From assembly GCA_965261915.1 (NCBI GenBank), contig CBDHDW010000013.1:551663-615662 (forward strand): a stretch of DNA of 64,000 nucleotides. Direction: 5' to 3'. The DNA comes from Candidatus Poriferihabitaceae bacterium (GTDB taxonomy: Bacteria; Pseudomonadota; Gammaproteobacteria; Arenicellales; Poriferihabitantaceae). Under the pieces are notes generated by a model that was not told the origin of the DNA, made no database searches, and saw only the letters and a program-made list of their open reading frames with translations. Positions 47,577-59,311 of this stretch are shown piece by piece; the first letter of the stretch is position 1; the number at the start of each line of letters is the position of its first letter. The translations under genes and the position numbers were made by a program.

Positions 47577-48044
47577 CTAGCGGCGCTTGTCCGCAAAAAA
47601 CTTTCCCAATAGTTCTTCGCACGCTTCGCGGCACACCCCCGCCGTTATTGATGCACGATGATTCAGAAATATGGATTCAAGCAGGTTGAGCTGACTGCCC
47701 GCAGCACCGAATCTGGAATCATAAGCCCCAAATACAACTCGCTTAACCCGGCCATGAAGCACGGCACCGGCACACATTATGCAAGGCTCCAAGGTCACGT
47801 AAAGGGTTGAGTGTTCCAGTCGGTGGTTTGAGATTGTACTAGCTGCCTGCCTTAGTGCTTGCACCTCTGCGTGCGCAGATGGGTCGCTTAATTCAATACA
47901 TTGGTTGAACCCCCGACCAATAATTTTATCGTCAAGAACAACGACTGAGCCTACCGGAATTTCACCCAGGATTTCGGCTTTCCTCGCCTGAGCCAGTGCT
48001 TCTTCCATGAACGATATATCTCGCTCTGCCGACGTTATTCCCAC
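47577..48044 (-). CDS. tadA: tRNA adenosine(34) deaminase
   Basis: [10 protein letters not shown] and PCIMCAGA zinc motifs; 155 aa. Its start overlaps the guaA stop by 10 nt. Confidence 0.9.
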   Translation of the reverse strand: MGITSAERDISFMEEALAQARKAEILGEIPVGSVVVLDDKIIGRGFNQCIELSDPSAHAEVQALRQAASTISNHRLEHSTLYVTLEPCIMCAGAVLHGRVKRVVFGAYDSRFGAAGSQLNLLESIFLNHRASITAGVCREACEELLGKFFADKRR

Positions 48045-49603
48045 TCTATTGTTGCGGGTGGTTTCCCAGAAATATCATAGGTTACACGACTGATACCGCG
48101 TACCTCATTGATGATTCTGTTAGATATCGTTGCCAGTATATCGTAAGGTATCTGCTTCCAGTTAGCGGTCATAAAGTCGACTGTTTCCACTGCGCGGAGC
48201 GCAATCACGTAGTCATAGGCGCGATTGTCGCCAACCACCCCAACAGATTTGACTGGTAGAAAAACCGCAAATGCCTGACTGATCTCGTTGTACAGATTAT
48301 GACGATAAAGTTCTTCCAGAAAGATAGCATCCGCAAGACGAAGGATTTCTGCATATTCCTGTTTTACTTCACCTAAAATTCTCACTCCTAATCCAGGGCC
48401 GGGAAAGGGGTGTCTGAAAATCATTGTTTCAGGCAAATCAAGTTCCAGTCCAATTTTTCGAACTTCGTCCTTAAAAAGATCGCGTAATGGTTCAAGCAAT
48501 TTTAAATCCATGTCGTCCGGTAATCCCCCGACATTATGATGCGATTTGATCACTTTGCCGTGCTTGTTACCCGCCGATTCGATTACATCGGGATAAATGG
48601 TTCCCTGAGCCAACCATTTTGCGTTATTGATTTTTCTCGACTCTCGCTGAAAAATTTCGATGAATAGATTCCCGATAATTTTTCGTTTCTGTTCAGGGTC
48701 ATCTACACCAGCGAGTCGAACAAAAAACTCATCTGCGGCATTCACCCGAATAACCTTGACTCCCATGTGCTCAGCGAAGGTTTCCATAACCTGATCACCT
48801 TCATTAAGACGAAGCAAGCCAGTATCAACAAAAATACAGGTTAACTGATCACCGATTGCCTTATGCAAAAGTGTAGCAACGACTGAAGAGTCGACACCAC
48901 CCGAAAGACCAAGAATTACATTGTCTGAGCCAACATCCTTTTGGGTTTGACCAACCATGCTCTGAATAATATTAGAGGGAGTCCAATCCTGCTCACATCC
49001 GCAGATTTCATGAACAAAGTTAGACAATATCTCCCTTCCGTCCAGGGTGTGGGTAACTTCAGGATGAAACTGTACACCGTAATAACGCCTCGATTCATCG
49101 GCGATTACCGCAATCGGACAACTTTCTGTAGATGCGATTACCGCGAAACCATCTGGTGCCCGGCTTACTTTGTCACCATGGCTCATCCATACTTCGAGAT
49201 TGCGTCCGGTTCCCCCGGTTAGTTTACAGTCAGTCTGTGTCTTGACTACGGCATGGCCGTATTCCTGCTCAACCGCCCCTTCTACTGCGCCTCCAAGCTG
49301 GGAAACCATGGTTTGCATGCCGTAACAGATTCCAAGAACGGCCAAGCCACTTTCGAAAACCCAATCTGGTGCTTTGGTATCATGATCTTCGTAGGTGGAA
49401 GCATGGCTGCCGGAAAGAATGAATCCATTGGGGCTAAATTCCTGAATTCGCTCTACGTCGACATCGTAGGGAAAAATTTCACAATACACCCCAAGCTCAC
49501 GAATGTTTCGCCCGATCAGTTGGGTATATTGAGCACCGAAATCCAGAATGAGGATCTTGTCATGTTGGGGATTTATCCTGCCGTTCGTCGATGGAATTCC
49601 CAA
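48035..49603 (-). CDS. guaA: GMP synthase (glutamine-hydrolysing)
   Basis: [26 protein letters not shown].., [11 protein letters not shown] (PP-loop) and C-terminal ..KPPATIEWE. The only in-frame start upstream of the conserved N-terminus is a TTG at 49603. Confidence 0.9.
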   Translation of the reverse strand: MGIPSTNGRINPQHDKILILDFGAQYTQLIGRNIRELGVYCEIFPYDVDVERIQEFSPNGFILSGSHASTYEDHDTKAPDWVFESGLAVLGICYGMQTMVSQLGGAVEGAVEQEYGHAVVKTQTDCKLTGGTGRNLEVWMSHGDKVSRAPDGFAVIASTESCPIAVIADESRRYYGVQFHPEVTHTLDGREILSNFVHEICGCEQDWTPSNIIQSMVGQTQKDVGSDNVILGLSGGVDSSVVATLLHKAIGDQLTCIFVDTGLLRLNEGDQVMETFAEHMGVKVIRVNAADEFFVRLAGVDDPEQKRKIIGNLFIEIFQRESRKINNAKWLAQGTIYPDVIESAGNKHGKVIKSHHNVGGLPDDMDLKLLEPLRDLFKDEVRKIGLELDLPETMIFRHPFPGPGLGVRILGEVKQEYAEILRLADAIFLEELYRHNLYNEISQAFAVFLPVKSVGVVGDNRAYDYVIALRAVETVDFMTANWKQIPYDILATISNRIINEVRGISRVTYDISGKPPATIEWE

Positions 49604-49645
49604 TACACTTCCTCTGATAATCTTTATGGAGTTGATACTGAAGCT

Positions 49646-51151
<1,506 letters not shown>

Positions 51152-51204
51152 TTATTTTTCGCAATTCAGCAACAGATTGATCATAACAACCCGAAAACTG
51201 AAAA

Positions 51205-51825
51205 CTAGACTCCCGAAAAATTCCTGCGGTATCTGTCCAGTAATTTCATGACGCTGACAACATAGGCCTGAGTTTCTGGATAAGGCGGAATTCCGTGATA
51301 CTTTTCCACCGCATTTTCACCTGCATTATAACCCGCTAATGCCAGTTCAATATCATCATTAAACTGCACAAGCAAATCACGCATATAGCGCCCGCCTCCT
51401 TCGAGACTCTGCCCTGGATCCGTTCGGGAGGTAACGCCGTAGCGTTTCGCTGTGGTCGGCATTAGCTGCATCAATCCCAGTGCGCCTGCCGAGGAAAGTG
51501 CCTGGGGATTGAAAGCTGATTCAACATGGACGATGGCTTTCATCAACGCCGGTTCAATACCGAATTTATCCGCTTTGGAAAATATCAGGTCATCAAAATT
51601 TGACGAAACCGGGTTTATGTCACGGGCCGTTGCAGGTCTGTCAGCCAGGCCAAAATAATCGTCCACGGCGTAAGATTTAACCAGGGTATAGCCTTTCAAA
51701 TCTGTTCGTCTGTGGTCAGTGATCAATCGATCGCCGTCCTCATTGACGTAGACGAAAATAGATGCCGCCCAACCAGTGTGGCACAGCAGCCCCAATATAA
51801 TAAAAAATGATTTAAACTTAAGCAT
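51205..51825 (-). CDS. Soluble lytic transglycosylase (SLT) domain protein
   Basis: VHVESAFNPQALSSAGALGLMQLMPTTAKRYG. I prefer the ATG at 51825 with a signal peptide (MLKFKSFFIILGLLC..); the ORF-track start at 51882 is a TTG. Confidence 0.8.
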   Translation of the reverse strand: MLKFKSFFIILGLLCHTGWAASIFVYVNEDGDRLITDHRRTDLKGYTLVKSYAVDDYFGLADRPATARDINPVSSNFDDLIFSKADKFGIEPALMKAIVHVESAFNPQALSSAGALGLMQLMPTTAKRYGVTSRTDPGQSLEGGGRYMRDLLVQFNDDIELALAGYNAGENAVEKYHGIPPYPETQAYVVSVMKLLDRYRRNFSGV

Positions 51826-51987
51826 TAATTTGTAATTATAACTTATTGATAATATTATATTAATAGTTTTAGTATTCTGCAAGGCATAAATGCTTTTGCC
51901 GCTGATCCAAAATAGATCTTGTGTTTTCTCCTAACCTGGTTAAGTGTGATATAAAGATATTTTTATATCTGGTTGCCATCTATTCAA

Positions 51988-52929
51988 ATGAAACATTTAC
52001 TGTCGGCGCTTCGAGCTGCGGCTGAAATCAGTCGTTTACGAATTATAGCGATTTTAATGAATAGCGAACTAACTGTTTCGGAAATTATTGAAGTTCTCAA
52101 CCAAAGCCAACCCCGTGTTAGCAGACATTTAAAATTGCTCTGCGAATCCAGGATTCTTGATCGTTACCAGGAAGGTTCCCGGGTTTTTCACAGACTAAGC
52201 GATGCCGAAGATATGACCACGGTGATCAACGGCTTGCGTATGATGATCGATTTGAACAGTGAAGAATTCAAATCAGATCAGGAGCGCCTAAAACGGACTA
52301 AAGATAAAAATGCGTTACAGGCTGCCGAATATTTCAGTACAAACGCAGCAGAATGGGACCAGATTCGTAAAATGGCTGTACCGGATGCCGATATTGAATC
52401 CACAATGATAGAACAGCTTGGAAATCATAAGCCCGATTTATTAGTGGATTTGGGCACCGGAACCGGCAGAATGCTGCAAATATTCTCCCCTTACATTAGT
52501 CGTGGCATTGGTATCGATCTCAATCGTGAAATGCTGCAGTTGGCGCGCTCCAATCTCGATTCCGCCGGGGTTTCGAATTGCACTGTACGACAAAATGATT
52601 TCAATGACCTGCCATTCGACTCAAATTCAGTCGATGCCATTGTAATCCACCAGGTTCTACACTACACCGACCGGCCAGAAAACGTCCTTATCGAGGCATC
52701 TCGCGTACTGAAAACCGGCGGCCAACTCAGTATCGTTGATTTTTTGCCACATGATCTTGAATTTCTGAGAGACAATCATGCCCACAGACGTTTGGGATTT
52801 TCAGATTCTGTTATTAGTGACTGGGGCAAGATTTGTAAATTAAAAGTTTCTGGAATTGAGCATCTGCAACCAAAACATAGCACCAAAACCAGTCTGAGCG
52901 TGGGCCTCTGGAATTTTGTAAAATCCTGA
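51988..52929 (+). CDS. ArsR/SmtB-family HTH regulator fused to a class I SAM-dependent methyltransferase
   Basis: N-terminal RLRIIAILMNSELTVSEIIEVLNQSQPRVSRHLKLL, and a C-terminal SAM motif I, LVDLGTGTGRML. ATG at 51988. Confidence 0.8.
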   Translation: MKHLLSALRAAAEISRLRIIAILMNSELTVSEIIEVLNQSQPRVSRHLKLLCESRILDRYQEGSRVFHRLSDAEDMTTVINGLRMMIDLNSEEFKSDQERLKRTKDKNALQAAEYFSTNAAEWDQIRKMAVPDADIESTMIEQLGNHKPDLLVDLGTGTGRMLQIFSPYISRGIGIDLNREMLQLARSNLDSAGVSNCTVRQNDFNDLPFDSNSVDAIVIHQVLHYTDRPENVLIEASRVLKTGGQLSIVDFLPHDLEFLRDNHAHRRLGFSDSVISDWGKICKLKVSGIEHLQPKHSTKTSLSVGLWNFVKS

Positions 52930-53271
52930 ATACCACTACCGCTCAATCGCAGACTATAAACAAAGATATTTCCTGACGTTAAACAATCTGTTGTTGAGGC
53001 CCTGAAATCAGCTCGTAACCTTGAAGCAATCGTGGGATCTCGAGAAAACAGATACAAATATATAAAGCAATTTCAAGTGTTTATATTTGAATGATGTTAG
53101 ACTTTAGCGGTCTAATGTTTTGACTGTAAGGGGTCTGTTCGCTGTTGGCCTATTGTGTTAAGTATATGCGCAATAAATTCCCTTCCAGAATCATTTGTTA
53201 TTAATACCAATTAGTATCGGGACGTTTAAAAAAGCGAGCTACGATTGGCACGACCAGTAACTTTACGAAAT

Positions 53272-55473
53272 ATGTTATCGGAATCAAATTCAATACGACT
53301 GAAATTGTCAAAATTTACCAGTACACTGACGCTGGTAATCTCAATCATCATTGTATCCCCTTTGCTTTGGGCATCCGCGCTGGAGCAATTGGAAGATAGC
53401 GAAGCCCCCATAATCGAGGAAAAACAATCACGCACCACGAAGCTTATAAATTACCTTATTGAGAAGTCTCATTATCGAAAAATACCACTCGATGATGAAT
53501 TTTCTGCAGCGGTACTGAAGGCTTATATAGCGCAGTTAGATCCATCTCGAAGTTTTTTTCTCGCTGAAGATATCGAACAGTTTGAGCGCTTGAAATACGA
53601 AGTCGACGACTTTATCAAGCAGGGAAATATTGAATTGGCCTATTCTATATTTGAGATATATAGAGCCCGAGTCAATAATCAGATTGAATTTGCACTGCAG
53701 CGTTTGAATGAACCGTTTGATTTCACCATAGATGAACAATTTATGCTCGATCGGGACGATGCGCAGTGGCTTTCGAGTCAGCAAGCATTGAATGACTATT
53801 GGAGAAAACGCATCAAGAACGACATATTAAATTTGCGGCTTTCGAACAAGGATGAAGCCGAAATCAAAACGACCCTGAGTAAACGATATACCCATATCGC
53901 GAGAAGAGTGCGCCAATTCAAATCAGAAAATGTATTTCAGAGTTTTATAAACGCCTACGTCGGAACAATCGAACCTCACACCAGCTATTATTCTCCTCGT
54001 GGCGCGGAGAATTTCAAAATTCACATGCGATTGTCTCTGGAAGGGATTGGGGCCGTCTTACAAACCGAAAACGAACATACTCTGGTTCGTCGAATCATCC
54101 CTGGGGGACCCGCAGATCTATCCGGTGAGTTGAAATCTGACGACAGAATAATCGGGGTTGGTCAGGAAGATGGGGAAATTTTGGACGTAATAGGCTGGCG
54201 GCTTGATGATGTCGTAGAGTTAATTCGTGGGCCAAAAGAAACAATCGTAAATCTGGAAATCCTGCCTGGAGAAAACGGACTGGATGGTGAGTCAGAAGTG
54301 GTTACTATTGTCAGGGACAAAATCAAACTTGAAGAGCAAGCCGCTAATAAGCGGATTATCGAGCTGCCCAATAGTGAAACCCCAATCAAGGTTGGGGTAA
54401 TTGACTTACCGTCTTTTTACAGCGATTTTGACGGCAGAAATGTCAACGATCCAGATTATCGCAGCACTACCCGCGATATACGCAAACTTCTGTCCGAGTT
54501 AGACGAGGATCAGGTTGAAGGCCTGATTATAGATTTACGCGGAAACGGCGGGGGCGCGTTATCAGAAGCTATATCGTTAACAGGTTTATTCATCAAGAAA
54601 GGGCCCGTAGTGCAGGTACAAAACTCCAATGGCAGAACACAAGTAGACAAGGACCCAGACCCGGAAATTATCTATGATGGACCGCTTGTCGTGCTGGTGG
54701 ATAAATACAGTGCAAGTGCTTCAGAAATATTCGCTGGAGCAATACAGGATTACAACAGGGGGCTAATTATCGGTGAACCCACTTTTGGTAAAGGCACCGT
54801 ACAAAACCTCGTAAGCCTCAATCGATTCGTCAATACAGACGAAGACCTTGGGCAGTTGAAGGTCACAATAGCTCAATTTTTTCGAATTAACGGTGACAGC
54901 ACTCAACACCGCGGAGTTATTCCTGATATTTCATGGCATACCTCAGTCTATGATGAAAATTCAGGTGAACGCGCCTTTGAAAATGCCATTCCCTGGCGGC
55001 ATATAGACGAAGTTTCCTACACCCCGTTCGACCCAAATATTTATTCAACGGCGATACAGCAAGCGAATGATCAGCATCTGCAACGAGTAGAAAATAATCC
55101 TCAATTTATTTACGCCCTCGGCGCAAACCAGATAAACAAGCGCAATCGCGAGTTAACGACTATCAGCTTGTCTGAACTTGAACGTAAAAAAAGTCGTGAG
55201 AGCAGAAACATGGAACGTCTCGAGCTGGAAAATGCTCGTCGAAATGCTCTCGGTAAATCGACGTTTAACAGTATAGAGATGCTCGAAGAGATTACGGCTG
55301 ACGAAGACAAACGACAAGATGAGTTAGATCAACGAGATGCCACGCCGGATGCTTTTTTACTCGAAAGCGTACAAATATTAGTTGATTTCATACAAATCAA
55401 ATCAATATCAAACAGCGAAACCTCCCTGGTTAAGCAAAACTCATCCAGTACTGAAACAGGGTTAAGCAACTAA
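53272..55473 (+). CDS. prc: Carboxy-terminal processing (tail-specific) protease, S41 family
   Basis: PDZ region plus DLRGNGGG and DKYSASASEIFAGAIQDYNRGLIIGEPTFGKGTVQ. ATG at 53272; the ORF-track start at 53245 is a TTG. Confidence 0.85.
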   Translation: MLSESNSIRLKLSKFTSTLTLVISIIIVSPLLWASALEQLEDSEAPIIEEKQSRTTKLINYLIEKSHYRKIPLDDEFSAAVLKAYIAQLDPSRSFFLAEDIEQFERLKYEVDDFIKQGNIELAYSIFEIYRARVNNQIEFALQRLNEPFDFTIDEQFMLDRDDAQWLSSQQALNDYWRKRIKNDILNLRLSNKDEAEIKTTLSKRYTHIARRVRQFKSENVFQSFINAYVGTIEPHTSYYSPRGAENFKIHMRLSLEGIGAVLQTENEHTLVRRIIPGGPADLSGELKSDDRIIGVGQEDGEILDVIGWRLDDVVELIRGPKETIVNLEILPGENGLDGESEVVTIVRDKIKLEEQAANKRIIELPNSETPIKVGVIDLPSFYSDFDGRNVNDPDYRSTTRDIRKLLSELDEDQVEGLIIDLRGNGGGALSEAISLTGLFIKKGPVVQVQNSNGRTQVDKDPDPEIIYDGPLVVLVDKYSASASEIFAGAIQDYNRGLIIGEPTFGKGTVQNLVSLNRFVNTDEDLGQLKVTIAQFFRINGDSTQHRGVIPDISWHTSVYDENSGERAFENAIPWRHIDEVSYTPFDPNIYSTAIQQANDQHLQRVENNPQFIYALGANQINKRNRELTTISLSELERKKSRESRNMERLELENARRNALGKSTFNSIEMLEEITADEDKRQDELDQRDATPDAFLLESVQILVDFIQIKSISNSETSLVKQNSSSTETGLSN

Positions 55474-55543
55474 ACTGAACGAATCTGTCTTGTTTCACTG
55501 GTCAGAGTTTGTTTAGAAATCTATTCCCTTCACGCTGTAGCTT

Positions 55544-56812
55544 ATGAAATTTTCAAATTTCGCCTCTAATTTTTCTAGTTCCAGTGGAATTCTGCAGCTC
55601 ATGGATGACCTTGGATCGGTGCATACATCAGAACAGCCGATTGCGATGCTGGGTGGTGGAAACCCGGCTTCAATTGCAGAAATGGAACGCATTTTTAGGG
55701 ACGAACTCAAACGACTGACGAATAAAGGGCGCGATATTGATACCCTGTTTGGTAAATATGACGCACCTCAGGGCAATCTGCAGTTTATTGATTCGCTTGC
55801 CGAATTACTAAATGACCAATTTGGCTGGCCCGTAACCCGTAATAATGTTGCCCTGACCAACGGTAGCCAATCGAGCTTTGGCATCTTATTTAATTTGTTT
55901 TCAGGCCAGTTTGATGATGGTGTTTTTAGAAAAATCCTGCTTCCTCTTGCACCGGAGTATATCGGCTACAGCGATGTAGGACTTGGATCCAAACAACGAT
56001 TTAACTCGATAAAACCGAAAATCAGTTTTGATGATTCGAATCCTCTCTACTTTAAATATCATGTTGATTTTGAAGCACTCAATATCACAGATCAATACGC
56101 TGCGGTTTGCGTTTCGCGGCCCACCAACCCTACCGGCAATGTAATTAGTGATGCTGAAATAGCGGTGTTGCAACAGCACTGCCGAAAACACAATATTCCT
56201 TTTATCATCGATGGTGCTTACGGACTGCCATTTCCAGGAATTCTTTTTGGCGAGGCCACACCGATCTGGGACAAAAATACGATTCTGTGCTTAAGCCTTT
56301 CCAAACTGGGTCTTCCTGGACTCAGAACCGGAATTGTCATCGCCGATGAATCAGTTATTGAGGTTATTAAAAACTCCAATGCGATTTTAAGCCTGGCCCC
56401 AGGTGGGTTTGGCGCTGGACTGGTAACCAGATTGGTGCGGGAACATCAATTATTGGATCTCTGCAAAACACTGATCCAGCCTTATTACCAACAAAAATGC
56501 CAATTCGCGGTACAGACTATCCAGAATGCGATGTCGGGCATCCCTGTAAGAATTCACCGCCCAGAAGGCGCCATCTTCCTTTGGCTCTGGTTTGATGCAC
56601 TATCCATTACTTCGCAGGAACTGTATGAACGGTTGAAATTACGCGGTGTTTACATCATTCCTGGACATCACTTTTTCCCCGGAATGGACCATGACTGGGA
56701 TCATAAATATCAGTGTATCCGTGTCTCCTATGCCGGAGATTCGGAAATGATCAGGCGCGGTGTGAAAATTATCGCTGATGAACTGCGAATGGCGTATGAT
56801 CAACAGTCTTAA
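55544..56812 (+). CDS. avtA: Valine--pyruvate aminotransferase
   Basis: Collinear with E. coli AvtA as I recall it: ..MLGGGNPA.., ..ALTNGSQS.., ..LAPEYIGY.., ..SRPTNPTGNVI.., ..SLSKLGLPG.., ..PEGAIFLWLWF... Confidence 0.85.
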   Translation: MKFSNFASNFSSSSGILQLMDDLGSVHTSEQPIAMLGGGNPASIAEMERIFRDELKRLTNKGRDIDTLFGKYDAPQGNLQFIDSLAELLNDQFGWPVTRNNVALTNGSQSSFGILFNLFSGQFDDGVFRKILLPLAPEYIGYSDVGLGSKQRFNSIKPKISFDDSNPLYFKYHVDFEALNITDQYAAVCVSRPTNPTGNVISDAEIAVLQQHCRKHNIPFIIDGAYGLPFPGILFGEATPIWDKNTILCLSLSKLGLPGLRTGIVIADESVIEVIKNSNAILSLAPGGFGAGLVTRLVREHQLLDLCKTLIQPYYQQKCQFAVQTIQNAMSGIPVRIHRPEGAIFLWLWFDALSITSQELYERLKLRGVYIIPGHHFFPGMDHDWDHKYQCIRVSYAGDSEMIRRGVKIIADELRMAYDQQS

Positions 56813-56835
56813 TCAAATAAAACACGTAACCTTTC

Positions 56836-58023
56836 ATGGCTAAGCTCATGGTAGTAAACGAAGAATTGGGAACCAGATTCCCTTTCTTGCGTGGAATGGT
56901 CGTTAAATCGCTTCAGCAAGCTGGCCTGGAGTTTGTCGACGCTTATCAGGTCGCCACCGATGTCCGGGATGAATTTGATGAGGTTGATGAAATTACAACA
57001 TTGGAAATACGTGAAAGAATCGAAGATATCCTGAAGGAAGACCACCCTGGAACAATTCTAAGGCGATACAAAAAAGAAGATATTTTTCGCGAAAATATCC
57101 GAATCGTTCGGGAAGATGGGAGCAAAGAACCCTTTTCTCGCGCAACCCATACCCAACGCCTAGAAAGCTGTTCCATTCCGAGATCCGCTTGCAACACGAT
57201 TACCCGAAAAATTCATAGCCGATTAGTCAGGGAGAAAATTCGAGAAGTATCGTCGTCTGATTTAACCTCTATGACATATCAGATGATACGCGAGGAGGTC
57301 GATCAAAAATACGCGGACCATTATTTAATCTGGAGAGATTTCATCAGAAGCAGTGCTCCGCTTTTATTGCTGATTGGTGGTGTTCCGGGCAGCGGGAAAA
57401 GCACAATTGCTACCGAAATCGCAAGCAGGCTCGACATTGTTCGCACGCAGTCAACGGATATGCTGCGCGAAGTAATGCGGATTATGATCCCTAAAAAATT
57501 ATCACCTTCTTTACACACCTCCTCATTTAATGCAGGCAGGGCAATGGAGATTCCAGATGTGCATAAATCAGAAGATGAGCACTTACTATACGGATTTCAA
57601 ATGCAATCTGAAATGGTAGAGGTTGCCTGCGAAGCCGTTATTCAGCGTGCGCTAAATGAAAATGTCTCCATGATAGTGGAAGGTGTGCATATACGCCCTT
57701 CATTGTTGAAGAAAATCGAATCGAGCGAAGCCGTAGTGGTTCCAGTTTGTCTGGCAGTTCTCGACCAAAACAGACTGGTACAATTTATCAAAGGCCGGTC
57801 TGTTGAAAACAAACAACGCCGTGCGCAGCGATATCTCAGCAATCTCGATGAAATTTGGCAATTGCAGGAACTATTGGTATCAGAAGCAGACAACGAAGAT
57901 ATCGAAATTATTGATAATGATACCATTGACGAAACTGTCGTCGACATCATAAACATCGTCATCCAGACTATTGCTGCAAGATATAAAGGCAAACTCAAGT
58001 CGCTACAAAAACAATACCAATAA
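56836..58023 (+). CDS. 2-phosphoglycerate kinase-like P-loop kinase with two N-terminal ATP-cone-like modules
   Basis: Residues ~5-80 and ~88-170 follow the ATP-cone pattern (..DGSKEPFSR..I..L....VSSSDL...). Then comes P-loop LLLIGGVPGSGKSTIATEIASRLDIVRTQSTDMLREVMR, as in archaeal 2PGK (COG2074). Recognition is from memory of the family. Confidence 0.55.
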   Translation: MAKLMVVNEELGTRFPFLRGMVVKSLQQAGLEFVDAYQVATDVRDEFDEVDEITTLEIRERIEDILKEDHPGTILRRYKKEDIFRENIRIVREDGSKEPFSRATHTQRLESCSIPRSACNTITRKIHSRLVREKIREVSSSDLTSMTYQMIREEVDQKYADHYLIWRDFIRSSAPLLLLIGGVPGSGKSTIATEIASRLDIVRTQSTDMLREVMRIMIPKKLSPSLHTSSFNAGRAMEIPDVHKSEDEHLLYGFQMQSEMVEVACEAVIQRALNENVSMIVEGVHIRPSLLKKIESSEAVVVPVCLAVLDQNRLVQFIKGRSVENKQRRAQRYLSNLDEIWQLQELLVSEADNEDIEIIDNDTIDETVVDIINIVIQTIAARYKGKLKSLQKQYQ

Positions 58024-59310
58024 ATGAGCGCAGATGACATGAAAGGGTTAGTGTTTATTCTTGACGGACTGGGTGATCGTCCATGTAAAGCGCTGGATGG
58101 AAAAACACCACTCCAACATGCGAGCACACCGACTTTGAACCGTTTAGCCGCAAAAAACCAATCGGGCCTGATGAACCCGCTCGCTCCGGGTATACCCGTT
58201 GACACTCACACCGGAGTAAGCATGCTTTTTGGCGTACCACCTGTTGATGCGGTCCAACTGAAACGCGGTCCCATCGAAGCTGCTGGAATTGACCTTGACC
58301 TGGAAGATGGTGATTTGTTATTTCGGGCTAATCTGTCAACGGTAGAACCTGCTGAAAATATCATCATAGATCGAAGAGCACAACGAATCCAGCAAGGTGT
58401 GGACAATTTATGTGCGTCACTACAAAACATCGATCTCGGAAATAATATCACTGCCTCGTTGTTTGCGGCGACTCACCACCGCTGCGTTCTTCGCTTCAGA
58501 GGACCGGGCTTATCGGATCAGATAAGTGATACAGATCCCGGAGGCAAAAATGTCTCGGATGGAATACTGCAGTCATCTCCACTCAACGATTCCAGCGAAG
58601 CCCGGCGCACTGCAGACGCACTAAATCAGTTTACCAGCCGCTGTCAGTCAATTTTGTCTCAGAATAAAGTAAATCTGGATCGGGTAAACAAGGGCAAGCT
58701 ACCAGCCAATGCTGTAATCACTCGCGGTGCAGGTCAGTTTAAACATTTCCAAAACAGGATTTCTGACTTAAAGCTTTCGGTTTCGGTCATCGCAGGCGAG
58801 GCGACCATTATTGGTCTGGGGAAACTATTTGGATTTAACACCATAAATGCCCCGGCTTTTACTGCGAATCCGTTAACCCCCATTGATCTTAAGGTTCAAC
58901 ATGCGGTCGATGCTTTGCAGACATCCGATCTGGTTTTTGTTCATCTTAAAGGCACTGACACGAGTGCACATGATCGAGACCCATCAGGAAAGTCGGACTT
59001 TATCAATCGATTCGATAAAGAATTGGGCAATATTGATTTCGATAACTATATCGTCGGAATATGTGCCGACCACTCCACCGATTCAATACTCGGTGAACAC
59101 AATGGTGATGCGGTACCGGTTTTGATCCATAACCCCATTGGCCGTTCAGATCTGGTAACGCAATACAATGAAATCGACTGCAGTATCGGCGCATTGGGTC
59201 GAATTGATGCCCAGGGATTTATCACCTCAGTCCTTGATGCCATGGGTTGTATTGAGAATTTCAAACCCACTGACTCGAGGTTTTATAGTTTTAGTTGTCC
59301 CAATCGGTGA
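58024..59310 (+). CDS. Archaeal-type cofactor-independent phosphoglycerate mutase (ApgM)-like metalloenzyme
   Basis: 428 aa with N-terminal GLVFILDGLGDRP..LDGKTPLQHASTPTLNRLA and C-terminal ..VHLKGTDTSAHD.. / ..CADHSTDS.. metal-site-like motifs. ATG at 58024 directly follows the upstream TAA (58021..58023). Confidence 0.55.
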   Translation: MSADDMKGLVFILDGLGDRPCKALDGKTPLQHASTPTLNRLAAKNQSGLMNPLAPGIPVDTHTGVSMLFGVPPVDAVQLKRGPIEAAGIDLDLEDGDLLFRANLSTVEPAENIIIDRRAQRIQQGVDNLCASLQNIDLGNNITASLFAATHHRCVLRFRGPGLSDQISDTDPGGKNVSDGILQSSPLNDSSEARRTADALNQFTSRCQSILSQNKVNLDRVNKGKLPANAVITRGAGQFKHFQNRISDLKLSVSVIAGEATIIGLGKLFGFNTINAPAFTANPLTPIDLKVQHAVDALQTSDLVFVHLKGTDTSAHDRDPSGKSDFINRFDKELGNIDFDNYIVGICADHSTDSILGEHNGDAVPVLIHNPIGRSDLVTQYNEIDCSIGALGRIDAQGFITSVLDAMGCIENFKPTDSRFYSFSCPNR

Positions 59311-59311
59311 G

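Noticed and set aside
57642-58205. 187-aa minus-strand ORF across the 2PGK-like/ApgM-like junction
   Set aside because: It is antisense to both coding frames and has a Ser/Cys-rich low-complexity translation.
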